46,625 bases of DNA from Candidatus Methylomirabilota bacterium (GTDB lineage: Bacteria; Methylomirabilota; Methylomirabilia; Rokubacteriales; CSP1-6): the NCBI GenBank assembly GCA_046726415.1, contig JBKPAK010000262.1, positions 1-46,625 of the forward strand, in the 5' to 3' direction. The translations under genes were made by a program, and so were the position numbers. Shown here in pieces: positions 8,101-18,357 of the stretch (within the stretch, counting starts at the first letter, position 1; every line of letters starts with the position of its first letter). Below the pieces are notes generated by a model, which saw nothing but the letters and a program-made list of their open reading frames with translations, did not search any database and was not told the origin of the DNA.

Positions 8101-9792
8101 ATGCAGGAAACGACCAAGGAGACGAAAGCACAGCGCGCGGAGCGGCTGAAGCTCGCCCTCAACCCGTGGACTGCATTCTCGGAGATCGAGCGCTTCGCGC
8201 GACAGGGATTCGACTCGATTCCGGCGGAGTGGAGCACTTATTTTCGTTGGTGGGGGATCTACTCGCAGGGCGATGGCATCGGCGCCGTGGGAGGCAAAGG
8301 CGGGGAGGGAAAGGCCGTCCCCTACTTCATGGTCCGGGTCCGCGTACCCAATGGCTTTGTCAGCTCCGATCAATCCCGGACGATCGCCGATCTGGCCGAG
8401 CGCTACGGGCGCGGCGTGGCCGACATCACCGTGAGGCAAAACTTCCAGCTCCACTGGATCACCATCGAGGCGCTGCCCGAACTCATTCGACGACTCGAGC
8501 AGGTCGGCATCACAACGGTCGGCACATGCGGTGATGTGACCCGCAATGTGACCGGTTGCCCGGTGGCGGGCATCGATGCCGAGGAGATCGCCGACGCGTC
8601 CGACCTCGTCCGCGAAGCGACCGATCTCCTGAACGGCAACTCGGATTTCTACAACCTCCCTCGCAAGTACAAGACCTCGATCAGCGGGTGCCCCGTGTGG
8701 TGCACCTATCCCGAGATCAACGATGTCGGACTGACCGCCATCCGCCATCCGTCGCACGGCGAGGTCGGGTTCTCCATTCGAGTGGTGGGCGGCTTGTCGA
8801 CCGAACCCCATTTCGGCGAGCGGCTGGACGCATTCGTCCGATGGGATCAGGCGCTCGATGTGCTGGCCGCGGTGTCCGCGATCTTCCGCGATAGCGACGT
8901 GCTCCGCGAGAACCGCGAGAAGGCGCGGCTGAAGTATCTCTTCATGCGCCATGGCTGGACGGCGGCGACATTCCTGGAAGAGCTGGAGCGGCGGCTGGGC
9001 GCGAGCCTGGGGCGCGCCGTGCCCGAGGAGGCGCCCGACGACGTCTACCGCGATCACGTGGGGTTCCACGCGCAGAAGCAGCCAGACCACGTGTACGCAG
9101 GACTGGCGATCCCCCGTGGGCGGATGACCGCCGCGCAGATCCGAGCGGCCGCCTCGGCCGCCGAGCGATTCGGGAACGGAACGCTCCGAACGACGGTCAT
9201 GCAGAATCTCTTGATCCTCAACGTTCCCCGGGGGAGCGAGAGCGCACTCGAACGGACGCTCGGCGCCGCGGGCCTCGCCGTTGGCGGCTCCCCATTCCTG
9301 CGCGGAACCGTGGCCTGCACGGGCACGGAATTCTGCAAGCTGGCCCTGACCGAGACGAAGGGCTTTGCCCGATGGCTGGTGGATGACCTCGAGACCCGAC
9401 TGCCGGGCTTCGACCAGCACCTGAAGATCAACGTGACCGGCTGCCCCAACAGCTGCGGTCAGCACTGGATTGCCGACCTCGGACTCGACGGCAAGAAGAC
9501 CAAGGTCGATGGCCAGATGGTCGACGCCTACCAGTTCTCGGTAGGAGGCGCGGTCGGACGTCACCGCAGCTTCGCTCGGCCCACCGGCGTCAGGATCCCG
9601 GCCGCCGACGTACCGGCGGCCGTCGAACGACTGCTGCGCGCGTACCTTGCTGATCGGGGTCCCGGCGAAAACTTCCGACAGTTCTGCGCCCGTCACTCGA
9701 ACGAAGCGCTCGCTGCGGTCCTCACGGGTCACGAGGTGAACCGGGGCGCGCCCGCCGGGGCTGAGGCCGAGCCGGTTGAGCACGGCCTCTGA
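8101..9792 (+). CDS. Siroheme/[4Fe-4S] nitrite/sulfite reductase (ferredoxin-dependent type)
   Basis: FMVRVRVPNG, TVRQNFQLH, CGDVTRNVTGCP, NLPRKYK, ACTGTEFCKLAL and VTGCPNSCGQH motifs. Siroheme genes follow. Substrate (sulfite or nitrite) not resolved. Confidence 0.92.
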   Translation: MQETTKETKAQRAERLKLALNPWTAFSEIERFARQGFDSIPAEWSTYFRWWGIYSQGDGIGAVGGKGGEGKAVPYFMVRVRVPNGFVSSDQSRTIADLAERYGRGVADITVRQNFQLHWITIEALPELIRRLEQVGITTVGTCGDVTRNVTGCPVAGIDAEEIADASDLVREATDLLNGNSDFYNLPRKYKTSISGCPVWCTYPEINDVGLTAIRHPSHGEVGFSIRVVGGLSTEPHFGERLDAFVRWDQALDVLAAVSAIFRDSDVLRENREKARLKYLFMRHGWTAATFLEELERRLGASLGRAVPEEAPDDVYRDHVGFHAQKQPDHVYAGLAIPRGRMTAAQIRAAASAAERFGNGTLRTTVMQNLLILNVPRGSESALERTLGAAGLAVGGSPFLRGTVACTGTEFCKLALTETKGFARWLVDDLETRLPGFDQHLKINVTGCPNSCGQHWIADLGLDGKKTKVDGQMVDAYQFSVGGAVGRHRSFARPTGVRIPAADVPAAVERLLRAYLADRGPGENFRQFCARHSNEALAAVLTGHEVNRGAPAGAEAEPVEHGL

Positions 9793-9809
9793 CCGGGGGA
9801 ACCCGAGGG

Positions 9810-10514
9810 GTGGCTCGACTCGTGTCTCATCCATCGGGCACAGGCGCGACGGGTCCAAGCGTGGGCGGCGTCGGACCGCCGGAGGGCCTACGTGCACCGT
9901 ACCCGATATTTCTGGATCTGCGAGGGCAGTCCTGTGTCGTCGTTGGAGGCGGGCGGGTGGCCGAAGGCAAGGTGGAGGGGCTCCTGGCCAGTGAGGCCGA
10001 CGTGACCGTGGTCAGTCCCGTCGTGACCGAGCGCCTCCGCCAGTCTATCCGGCGCGGGCGCTGCCGACACGTCGCCCGAAACTACCAGGCGCGAGATTTA
10101 GCCGGGCGCGCTCTAGCGCTCGTGGCCACTGGTAATGCGCGGGTGACGGCGCGTGTGCATCGCGACGCCCGCCGGGCGGGCGTGCTGGTGAATTCCGCCG
10201 ATGATCCGCAGCACTGCGACTTCATCCTGCCTGCCATCCTCCGCCGGGGCCGCCTGACCGTGGCGGTGTCGACCGGGGGGGCGAGTCCGGCCCTGGCGCG
10301 GGCCGTGCGCGACGAGCTGGAGCGTGCGCTGCCGAGGAGCTACGCGCAACTGGTGGAGGTGGTGGCCGAGGTGCGCGCGCGAGCTCGCCGGCACGGGGCC
10401 GCGGTGTCGCCGCACCGGTGGCAGGCGGCCATCGACGATCGCCTTCGAGCCCTGGTGGCCGAAGGACGCACCGGGGAAGCCGCCAGGCTGTTGGCCACGA
10501 GGCTGGCGGGATGA
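9810..10514 (+). CDS. Precorrin-2 dehydrogenase/sirohydrochlorin ferrochelatase (CysG N-terminal/SirC-Met8 type)
   Basis: YPIFLDL, VVGGGRVA, VNSADDPQHCDFILPA and VAVSTGGASPALAR motifs. Start uncertain. Confidence 0.9.
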   Translation: MARLVSHPSGTGATGPSVGGVGPPEGLRAPYPIFLDLRGQSCVVVGGGRVAEGKVEGLLASEADVTVVSPVVTERLRQSIRRGRCRHVARNYQARDLAGRALALVATGNARVTARVHRDARRAGVLVNSADDPQHCDFILPAILRRGRLTVAVSTGGASPALARAVRDELERALPRSYAQLVEVVAEVRARARRHGAAVSPHRWQAAIDDRLRALVAEGRTGEAARLLATRLAG

Positions 10515-11296
10515 CCGAGGACAGGGGCGTCGTCTACCTCGTGGGAGCGGGGCCCGGGGACCCCGGACTCATGACCGTCCGAGGCCTGATGCTGCTGCGC
10601 GACGCCGACGTCGTCATCCACGACCGACTGGTGAGCCGCGCGCTCCTCGACGAGGCGCGGCCGGATGCCGTCAAGATCTTCGTTGGGAAAAGCCCCGGTC
10701 CGGGCGGAGTGTCGCAAGCGACCATCAATCGCCTGCTGATTGGCCATGCGCGGCTGGGGCGATCTGTCGTGCGCCTCAAAGGCGGAGATCCCTTCGTGTT
10801 CGGGCGCGGCGGCGAGGAGGCATTGGCGCTCGCCAACGCCGGCATCCGCTTCGCGATCGTGCCGGGGGTGTCATCCGCGGTCAGCGTACCCGCGTACGCC
10901 GGCATCCCGCTGACGCACCGTGGGCTTGCCTCGTCATTCGCGGTCGTGACCGGTTCGGAGGATCCCGAGAAGCTGACGAGCCGGGTCGCCTGGGCCGCGC
11001 TGAGCACGGCCGTGGATACCCTCGTGATCGTGATGCCCACGCGCAATCCGTCCTGGATTTTTGGGGAGGTGCGCGCGAACGGGCGAGACCCGGACACGCC
11101 CGTGGCCGTGATCAGCCAGGGAACGCTGGCCACGCAGACCGTGGTCGAGGGAACGCTCGCGAGCGTATCGCGTCAGCTCGACGAGGTCGCCCTCGAGCCC
11201 CCCGTGCTGGTCGTGATCGGAGATGTCGTGAGCCTGCGCGACAGGATCGCCTGGTTCGGCGAGGTTGCGGAGCAGGCGCACGCCGCTCTCTCGTAG
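10511..11296 (+). CDS. cobA: Uroporphyrinogen-III C-methyltransferase
   Basis: VYLVGAGPGDPGL, VVRLKGGDPFVFGRGGEE and AGIPLTHRG motifs. ATGA overlap with the upstream gene. Confidence 0.93.
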   Translation: MTEDRGVVYLVGAGPGDPGLMTVRGLMLLRDADVVIHDRLVSRALLDEARPDAVKIFVGKSPGPGGVSQATINRLLIGHARLGRSVVRLKGGDPFVFGRGGEEALALANAGIRFAIVPGVSSAVSVPAYAGIPLTHRGLASSFAVVTGSEDPEKLTSRVAWAALSTAVDTLVIVMPTRNPSWIFGEVRANGRDPDTPVAVISQGTLATQTVVEGTLASVSRQLDEVALEPPVLVVIGDVVSLRDRIAWFGEVAEQAHAALS

Positions 11297-11503
11297 GCTC
11301 CGCCGATGGTTCGCCGAACCCCCCAGCCCGGGCACCAGCCGAGAGCGGCAACCGCCACGATCTAAAACCGCCTGTTGACAGGTGCGCCGCGGCCCTGCTC
11401 GCGTCCCCCGCGTCGGGCTTGTGCAGGGCGGAGTGTCCGTTCCCCGGAGCGAGTTCGACGTCCTGTCCTGTCCCAACGTCCCAGAGCCGCGGGAGGGTTT
11501 CTG

Positions 11504-11858
11504 ATGGCGACAGGAATTCAGCGTCCCCGAACGCTTTCCACCGACGTTGTTCTCGCCGTCCTAGTCGTCTCGGTGATCGTGGCTATCGGACCCCCTGTCC
11601 AGGCGGCGGAGACCCCGCGCCGAGGCGGCATACTCCTCGCGGCCATTGGCGCCGACGCGCCGAGCCTCGACCCGCATCAAGAGAGCACCTTTGCCACCCT
11701 CCAACCGGTCGCCCCGCTCTACAGCACCCTCTTGCAGATCGGTCCCTACAGTTACCCGAACGTCATCGGCGACGCGGCCACCGAGTGGAAGATCGCCGGG
11801 CGACGGCCTGAGCTACACATTCAAGATCCGTCCAGGCATCCGGTTCCATGACGGCTCG
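11504..11858 (+). pseudogene. N-terminal fragment of a family 5 ABC substrate-binding protein
   Basis: Signal peptide, PRRGGIL, SLDPH and VIGDAATEW, then a frameshift near 11797 to DGLSYTFKIRPGIRFHDGS, then truncation. Confidence 0.8.
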
Positions 11859-11927
11859 CAACACGACTGAATCGCGCCGGGTCTTCCGGAGGCACCTCCA
11901 TCGCCGAAAGGCCGGCAGTGCCGTGCC

Positions 11928-12691
11928 GAGTTCCACGGCTGGGACACGACGATCGGGAGGAAGTGAAGCGGATCGCCGAGGTCCGGCGACTTCTACAGAG
12001 CGTCAACCTCGGCGCCACCGCCATCGGCACCACGGTGACGGCGGCCCCCGGCTACCCGGCGCTCGCGGTGAAGCATCTCTCCGCCATCATCGGCATCGAG
12101 TTCGGCCTGGCCGAGGACCTGATCGAGGCCACCTCGGACACCGGCGATTACGTGCTGCTGTCCGGCGTGCTCAAGCACACGTCGGCCAATCTCACCAAGA
12201 TCTGCAACGACATCCGCATGCTGGCCTCGGGTCCACGCTGCGGGCTGAACGAGCTGAACCTGCCGCAGATGCAGCCGGGCTCCTCGATCACGCCGGGCAA
12301 GGTCGACCCCGTGATCCCGGAGGTGGTGAACCAGACCGGCTTCCTCGTGATCGGGCTGGACCTCACCGTCACCCTGGCCGCCTCGGCCGGACAGCTGCAG
12401 CTGAACGTCATGGAGCCGGTGATCACCTTCGCGCTCTTCGCCTCCATCGCGACCATGGAGCGCGCGGTCACCAGCTTGAGAGTGAACTGCGTCCAGGGCA
12501 TCACCGCGAACGCCGAGCGCACCCGCGACATGGTGCTCAACTCCCTCGGCATCGTGACGCTCAAGCCGTCGCTCGGCTACAAGCAGTGCGCGGAGATCGT
12601 CCACGAAGGGCACGTGACGGGCAAGAGCCTGCACGACATCGTGGTGAAGGAGCGGCAGCTCCTCACCCAGCAGAAGTGGGACGAGGTGTTC
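11928..12691 (+). pseudogene. aspA: C-terminal part of aspartate ammonia-lyase
   Basis: EFHGWDTTIG (frameshifted), NLGATAIGT, KICNDIRMLASGPRCG, altered signature GSSITPGKVDP (family consensus GSSIMPGKVNP), and GQLQLNVMEPV. N-terminus missing. Confidence 0.85.
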
Positions 12692-13075
12692 TTCCTCGGC
12701 AAGGATCTGAAGGACGACCCCGAGTACCAGGCGCGCCTTGCGTCCGGCGCCATCCCTCCGCCCAAGGCTGCCGCGGACCGACCGCCACTCAAGCCCGGGG
12801 CGACGCTGTCGGCGGTCCTCTTTCTGATCGCCGTGACCCTGGTCGTGCTCTTCGGCTTCTTCCCCTCGCTGCGCGAGCTCCCCGGCGCCAAGACTCCGCT
12901 CGCCATGCCGATCGTGATCGAGATCGTCATGCTCTCCGTCGCCGCGGTGATGCTGATGGCGACGATGGTCCCGGTGGACGAGGTGCCGAAGACGTCGACC
13001 TTGCGCGCCGGCGTGGTGGCGGTCCTCGGCATCTTCGGCCTGGCCTGGCTGGGCGACAGCTTCATCGCCGCGAAC
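12692..13075 (+). pseudogene. Internal fragment of an anaerobic C4-dicarboxylate transporter (DcuA/B family)
   Basis: GKDLKDDPEYQARL...IEIVML...AGVVAVLGIFGLAWLGDSF, fused in frame to aspA'. Confidence 0.8.
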
Positions 13076-13550
13076 TGGGACACAGCCAGGAGACTCCCGT
13101 GGGGTGTCCTGATGCTCTTCAAGAGGAGGGCTCACGCTGGCCGCTGCCATCGAGGCGAACGGCGTGTCGGCGTTCATCGGGCACGCGAGCCGGGGCCTGG
13201 CCGGACTGCCCCCCCTCCTGCTGGTGCTCGCGATCACCGCCATGACCGTGTTCCTCTCTGAGCTCACCTCCAATACGGCGCAGGTCTCCAGCATGGTGCC
13301 GGTGCTGGCCGCCCTGGCGCCGGTCCTCGGGATGAATCCCTACGTGCTGATCCTCGCCTGCACGCTCGGCGCGAGCAGCGCCTATATGATGCCGGTGGGA
13401 ACGCCGCCGAACGCGATCGTGTTCGGAACCGGGCTCGTGCGGCTGCCGCAGATGATGAGGGCCGGCTTCTTGATGAATCTCGTAGGCATCCTGGTCATCA
13501 CCGCGCTCGCCGCGCTGTTCATTGCGCCGTTGCTGGGCAACCCGCGCTAG
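13073..13550 (+). pseudogene. C-terminal fragment of a DASS/SLC13 di/tricarboxylate transporter
   Basis: NWDTARRLPWGVLMLF, a frameshift near 13120, then GLTLAAAI...FLSELTSNTA...AYMMPVGTPPNAIVFGTG. Confidence 0.85.
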
Positions 13551-13763
13551 CAGCCCGTGGTGAAAGTGTCTGAGGGGCCCGTCGCCGCCATGCCGACCTC
13601 TCAGAAATCGGCCAATTTTGCGGATTTCCCACTGCCCAAAACGCGCCAGCGGACTTTTGCCCGGGCTGTTAGGGCTGATGATTCAGGAACGATCCGGGCT
13701 CGTGCGGTCGACGAGGCAGACGCCAGCACCTCCCGAGAGACGACCCGTCACGAGGAGACCGCA

Positions 13764-15167
13764 ATGACGGAAACATGGCGCGTAGTGGCGCTCGCGCTGG
13801 CGATGATCGCCGTCGCGCCGTCCGCCGCCGTGGCCCAGACGGCGACCGAGGCGACGCGCGCCGAGCAGGCGCCAGCGACCGGGTCAGGCTCGCGCACCTG
13901 GCGCGGGGAAGGCGAGTTCGTACGGTCACCCAACGACGCGCCACTTCCTCCGCTTCCCCCTCCCCAGCAGGGACTCCTCGAGACGAACTTCCCGAGTTTG
14001 CGGGAGGCCCTGGGAAAGCTTCCGCCGTTCTTTCGCGACATGGACGTGAACGTGCGGTTGCGGAGCTTCTACTTCAACCGCCAAAACGACAACGGCACGG
14101 CCAGCGAGGCCTGGACCCTCGGCGGGTGGGTCAACTTCGCGTCGGGCTGGCTCCTCGACACCTTCGCCATCGGCGCGACGTACTACACCTCGCTGCCCGC
14201 CTATGCTCCCGCGGACCGGCCGGGGAGCCTGACTCTCACGTCCGGGCAGGGAGAGATCGGCGTGTTCGGTGAAGCCTGGGGCGCGCTCCGGTACAAGGAC
14301 TACGCGCTCCTGAAGGGATATCGCCTGCGGATCGACGAAGGGTACCTGAACCCCCAGGACAACCGGATGCTGCCGAACACGTTCGAGGCGGTCACCTTGT
14401 CCGGCACCGTCGACTGGGCCCAGTACGACGTCGGGTACGTCACGAACATCAAGCCGCGGGACTCGAACAACTTCATCTCGATGTCGAGCCAGGCCGACGC
14501 GCCCGGCAGTGACAAGGGGCTGATCCTGACCGCGCTGAGCCTCACCCCGGGCGCGAACCTCGCAATCTACGCGGGAAACTACTACGCCCTTGACGTGTTC
14601 AACACGGCGTTCGCCAAGGCCGAGTACACGCACCCGATCAGCGAGGACCTCAAGCTGCAGTTCGGTCTTCAGTATACGGACCAGCGCAGCGTGGGGGAGG
14701 CGCTGGTGGGCGACTTCGCCACGTGGAACGTCGGAGCGGGCATTCGGGTCGTGTGGCGTGGTCTGACCCTGGCGACGGCGGCGCACTTCACCGGCGCCGA
14801 CGCCTCGATTTCCTCCCCGTGGGGCACGTGGCCTGGATACCTGTCCATGATCGTCACGGACTTCGACCGGGCGAACGAGAAGGCGTTCGGGGTGGGCCTC
14901 AGGTACGACTTCGGCGGCAGCCTGCTCCCATTCCGCATTCCCGGCCTGACCGTGTACCTGGCCTACGTCCAGGGCAACGATCAGATCGACCCCACGACCG
15001 GCCGCGCACAGCCGACGACGCGGGAAGGCGATCTGGACATCATCTACAACGTGCCGGGGGTCAAGGGCCTCTCGCTGCGCTTCCGCAACGGCTACGTGAG
15101 CCGGGGCAGTCCCACCCTGCTCAAGGACTTCCGCATCATCGTCAACTACGAGCTGGATCTCCTCTGA
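13764..15167 (+). CDS. OprD-family outer-membrane porin
   Basis: GAGGAG RBS and signal peptide; LRSFYFNR, F.SGW, DNRMLPNTFEA, DFDRANEKAF and the C-terminal FRIIVNYELDLL beta-signal. Confidence 0.8.
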   Translation: MTETWRVVALALAMIAVAPSAAVAQTATEATRAEQAPATGSGSRTWRGEGEFVRSPNDAPLPPLPPPQQGLLETNFPSLREALGKLPPFFRDMDVNVRLRSFYFNRQNDNGTASEAWTLGGWVNFASGWLLDTFAIGATYYTSLPAYAPADRPGSLTLTSGQGEIGVFGEAWGALRYKDYALLKGYRLRIDEGYLNPQDNRMLPNTFEAVTLSGTVDWAQYDVGYVTNIKPRDSNNFISMSSQADAPGSDKGLILTALSLTPGANLAIYAGNYYALDVFNTAFAKAEYTHPISEDLKLQFGLQYTDQRSVGEALVGDFATWNVGAGIRVVWRGLTLATAAHFTGADASISSPWGTWPGYLSMIVTDFDRANEKAFGVGLRYDFGGSLLPFRIPGLTVYLAYVQGNDQIDPTTGRAQPTTREGDLDIIYNVPGVKGLSLRFRNGYVSRGSPTLLKDFRIIVNYELDLL

Positions 15168-15354
15168 CCGACTCTCGGCCGGCTCCGGGTTCGCGGGACT
15201 GTGTCAGAACCATTGGTACTCACATGACACCAACGGTCGGAACAGCGGGAGCCGAGCACCTGAGAGGCCCAGACTAGTGTCAAATGGTGTCCATAGTGGC
15301 CAATAATGCCAATAAGATGAACTCCGGCGATCCCAACGAGTCAGCGAGTGTCCG

Positions 15355-15383
15355 GGCCCGGCCACGCACGTCGTGGCCGGGCC
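15355..15383. terminator. Perfect 12-bp hairpin between convergent genes
   Basis: GGCCCGGCCACG-cacgt-CGTGGCCGGGCC. Confidence 0.45.
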
Positions 15384-15401
15384 GACCGAGGACCGCGGCC
15401 C

Positions 15402-15872
15402 TTATTGCGCGAGCTTGATGTCGACGCCGCCGGCCGGGATGGCGAACCTGACACCCTGAGCCGTGGCTGTCACGACTAACTCAACGCCGTTTTGGTTGCG
15501 CATCGCTGCCGCGCCGGCCCCGCCGCCCACTACGGCCCCGGCGGCCGCTGCCACGTAGTTTCCCGAAAAGTCCTCGAGCTTGTTGAGCTTGGACACTTCC
15601 CCCCTCGCCGTCACCTTGGAGACGCCAAGATCGAGCAGGTTTAGCCCTTTGATGGAGAATTTGTACGCCCTGCCGCGGTACTCGAGAGTCCCGTCACCCC
15701 AGCTGACGCCAACGCCCAGCGCGATGGACGTGCTCTCGAGCCTGACCTTCCCCGTCGTGTCCCCCTGAGCCCCGGCGCCCGTCGCCACCGGCGCAGCCGT
15801 ACGCTCGGCGCATCCGGCCATCAGACCGGGCAACATGACCGCCAGGACCATCAGCCGCCTTGTCATCCGCAT
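15402..15872 (-). CDS. Lipoprotein, DUF1134-like
   Basis: AAGGAGG RBS, lipobox LMAGC, GVGVSWGDGTLEY...DFSGNY...MRNQNGV. Confidence 0.7.
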   Translation of the reverse strand: MRMTRRLMVLAVMLPGLMAGCAERTAAPVATGAGAQGDTTGKVRLESTSIALGVGVSWGDGTLEYRGRAYKFSIKGLNLLDLGVSKVTARGEVSKLNKLEDFSGNYVAAAAGAVVGGGAGAAAMRNQNGVELVVTATAQGVRFAIPAGGVDIKLAQ

Positions 15873-16321
15873 GAGTCCGTGACCTCCTTGCACGAGAGAG
15901 TTGTGTCGAGCAGCTCGCAACGCGTGCGTGGCCGACACGCCACCGGATTCCGGCACGCTCTTCAACTGCCCGGGCGACGTCGAAGACATCGTCGACTCAC
16001 GTCACGATTGCCGCGGCGAGTCTACACCAATCTCGACGTGGTCGCCTTGACCCCTTCATGCCGATTCCCGCCCGCTTCTCGGGTTCAGCTGCGCTCCGCC
16101 GGGGGGCCAGCCCGGTGTCGGCGGCCACCGCAGCGTGAGCACCGGACGACATATACGGCGAACACCCGGCGCGGCCGGCCACCGTGCGGCTCGCGAGCAG
16201 TATGTGCCGCCAGGGTTGAAGTCGATCTGGCAGTCGGAGGCGATCACGTTGCCCCTGGCCGTAGCTGCGTCTGTCGCTACGGTTGGCGCCGTCGAATGGG
16301 AAGCTCCTCACGCACGCGTGT

Positions 16322-16903
16322 CCGCTGAGCTCCGGCGGCCAGCTGCTGTACGAGCTCGCGCACCCGCGGGCAGCCTGCCGCTCCCTGATCGTGCCGCGCC
16401 CGGTCGAGGCCCGAAGCGCGCAGGCCTCGGCGGCCGTGACGGGGAACCTCAGAGCTGTGTTGGCGGCCGCTGGGCTGGCTTGCCCGGCGCGGTCGGACTG
16501 GGCGGCGCTGCTCCGCCGGGTGTTCGCCGTCGATGTGCTGCATGGTCCGCGCGGTGGGGGCCCACGCGACCCGAGACGCTGCTCCCCCTGCTCGCGCGGC
16601 TGCGGCTCGCCGACCCGGCCGGAGCCAGCCAACCGCCGCGGTCGCCGCCGGCGGTGGCCGGTTCACAGCATCGCCCCGACTCGGTCGCCCCTCGCCCCCC
16701 GCGCCCTGGGACCGCTCGCCGTCGTCTGCCAGGCCCCCTCGCTCGCCCTCCGCCCTCGCACGATTTCCCGGGCCAGAGGGCAAGGTTGTCATCGCCAGCT
16801 CCCGGATGTCGGCGCCACGGACGGTCCTCACACGACCTCACCCGCCGGGCGCCTGACTGGCGCGCGCGGCGCGAGGTGCAGGGCCTTTGGACTTCCTATG
16901 CTC
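16322..16903 (+). mobile_element. IS91/ISCR-like transposase 3' remnant with oriIS-like end
   Basis: LSSGGQLLYELAHP, then a deletion, then RSLIVPRP...DWAALLRRVFAVDVL...PPRSPP. Ends in GCCTTTGGACTTCCTATGC, resembling the ISCR oriIS terminus as I recall it. Confidence 0.65.
16367..16562 (+). repeat. 196-bp near-identical direct repeat, copy 1 (copy 2 at 18750-18945)
   Basis: The two copies align without gaps and differ only by scattered substitutions. Confidence 0.92.
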
Positions 16904-17086
16904 ACGCGACGTGCACGCGGGCGGCGTGACCCTCCTGGTCATTGAGCACAACATGCGGGTGATCACCGCGGTGGCCCAGCGCATCGTGGCCCTGCAGCTC
17001 GGCGAGGTCATCACGGCACGCCCGACGCCGTGGCCCGCGATCCCCGCGTGGTGGAGGCCTACCTCCGGCAGGTCTACGTGCCATGA
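16904..17086 (+). pseudogene. C-terminal fragment of a branched-chain amino acid ABC ATPase (LivG-like)
   Basis: GVTLLVIEHNMRVI...RIVALQLGEVI...DPRVVEAYL (frameshifted). Starts immediately after the oriIS-like motif. Confidence 0.75.
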
Positions 17087-17696
17087 GCGGCTCGCCGTCC
17101 GCCGCGTCGAGCGCGCCGTTCCTGCTGACCGTCGACGGAATCGACATCGCCTATGGCGATTTCCAGGTACTGTAGGGGGGCCGAGCTGCGCGTGGAAGCG
17201 AGAGAGATCGTCTGCGTGCTGGGCGCCAACGGGGCGGGCAAGTCGACCCTCATGAACACGATCTCCCGATTGCTCTTGCCACGGGCGGGGCGCATCGCGT
17301 TCCTCGGCGAGCGCCTCGACGGGCTGCCCGCGCACCGGGCGGCGAGCCGTGGCATCGCGCACGTGCTCGAGCGGCGGCAGCTCTTTCCCTTCCTGACCGT
17401 GCTCGACAACGTGCTGCTTGGCGCCCACAACCCGCGGGCGCGCCCGCATCGCGCCGATGAGCCCTTCCTCGGGCTGGCCCCCCACGTGGTGGCGGAGATC
17501 GGCCCTCGTGCGGCGCATCCGGGACGAGGAGGGGAATCGGCGTGGTCTTCGTCGAGCAGAACGTGGAGCTGGCCCTCTGCCTGGCCGATCGCGGCTACAT
17601 CCTCGAATCGGGCCGCACGATCCTCAGGGGCCGTCGGCCGAGCTGCTGCAGTCACCCGAGGTGAAGCGCATCTTCCTGGGCGACGCCGCACTGTGA
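17083..17696 (+). pseudogene. LivF-like ABC ATPase, degraded
   Basis: IDIAYGDFQVL then TAG; Walker A GANGAGKST; in-frame deletion removing the signature region (PHRA|DEPFLGLAP); VEQNVELAL...DRGYILESG in another frame. Confidence 0.85.
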
Positions 17697-18277
17697 CCGA
17701 GGGGACCTTCCGGGCGACGACGAGACTGGCCACCGCACGATGGGTGGCGCTCCTGCTCGCGCTGGTCGTTGGGCCGGCGGTCGCGGGCTGCGCGACCTCG
17801 TTCAGCCCCGCGCTCGTGCGCCAGGAGATCGCCGCCCAGACCGGGCAGGATCCACAGCGCGTGTTCGAGATGCAGCTCGGCCGGGTCGCCATGCGGATCA
17901 TCCGGTCGGCGCTGGGCCCCGGAGCGAGTACCTTGCCGCTCGGCGGTCTCACGGGCTTCGAGCTCGCCTTCTACGACGTCCCCCCGCCGAGCGCCCGGGG
18001 CGCGCCGCTCGACTTCACCAGGATGGCGATTCGAGGCTGGGAGCCGGTCGTGCGGACGCGCGAGCCCGGGCGCTCGGTGCTCATCCTCGTGCGGGAGGGT
18101 CAGACGACCATCGACGATCTGGTGCTGCTCGGCGCGGGAGAGTCGACCGCCATCTACGTGAGACTCCGGGGGACCTTGAGCCCGGCGCTGCCGCGCGCCC
18201 TGGGGGATGCCTTCCAGACCCGGGGCCCCGAGGGACTGCGCGACGAGTTGGTCCAGGAGGCCACCCGCCAGCGCTGA
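17693..18277 (+). CDS. Lipoprotein, weakly DUF4252-like
   Basis: GTG overlaps the livF stop; lipobox VAGC; GWEPVVRTRE...VLILVRE...YVRLRGTL. Confidence 0.6.
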   Translation: MTEGTFRATTRLATARWVALLLALVVGPAVAGCATSFSPALVRQEIAAQTGQDPQRVFEMQLGRVAMRIIRSALGPGASTLPLGGLTGFELAFYDVPPPSARGAPLDFTRMAIRGWEPVVRTREPGRSVLILVREGQTTIDDLVLLGAGESTAIYVRLRGTLSPALPRALGDAFQTRGPEGLRDELVQEATRQR

Positions 18278-18357
18278 CGGAGTGGAGGGTGGGCCCGTGG
18301 TAGCGTTGTCGCGCGAGACCCAGGCACGGTGCTGAATCCTGGACAGGAGTGATCTCC

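Noticed and set aside
7933..9897. 654-aa minus-strand ORF (likewise 27949-30525, 41323-43011, 43015-44328 and 19123-20367)
   Set aside because: These are antisense shadows of well-supported genes, expected from high-GC codon bias, with no recognisable motifs.
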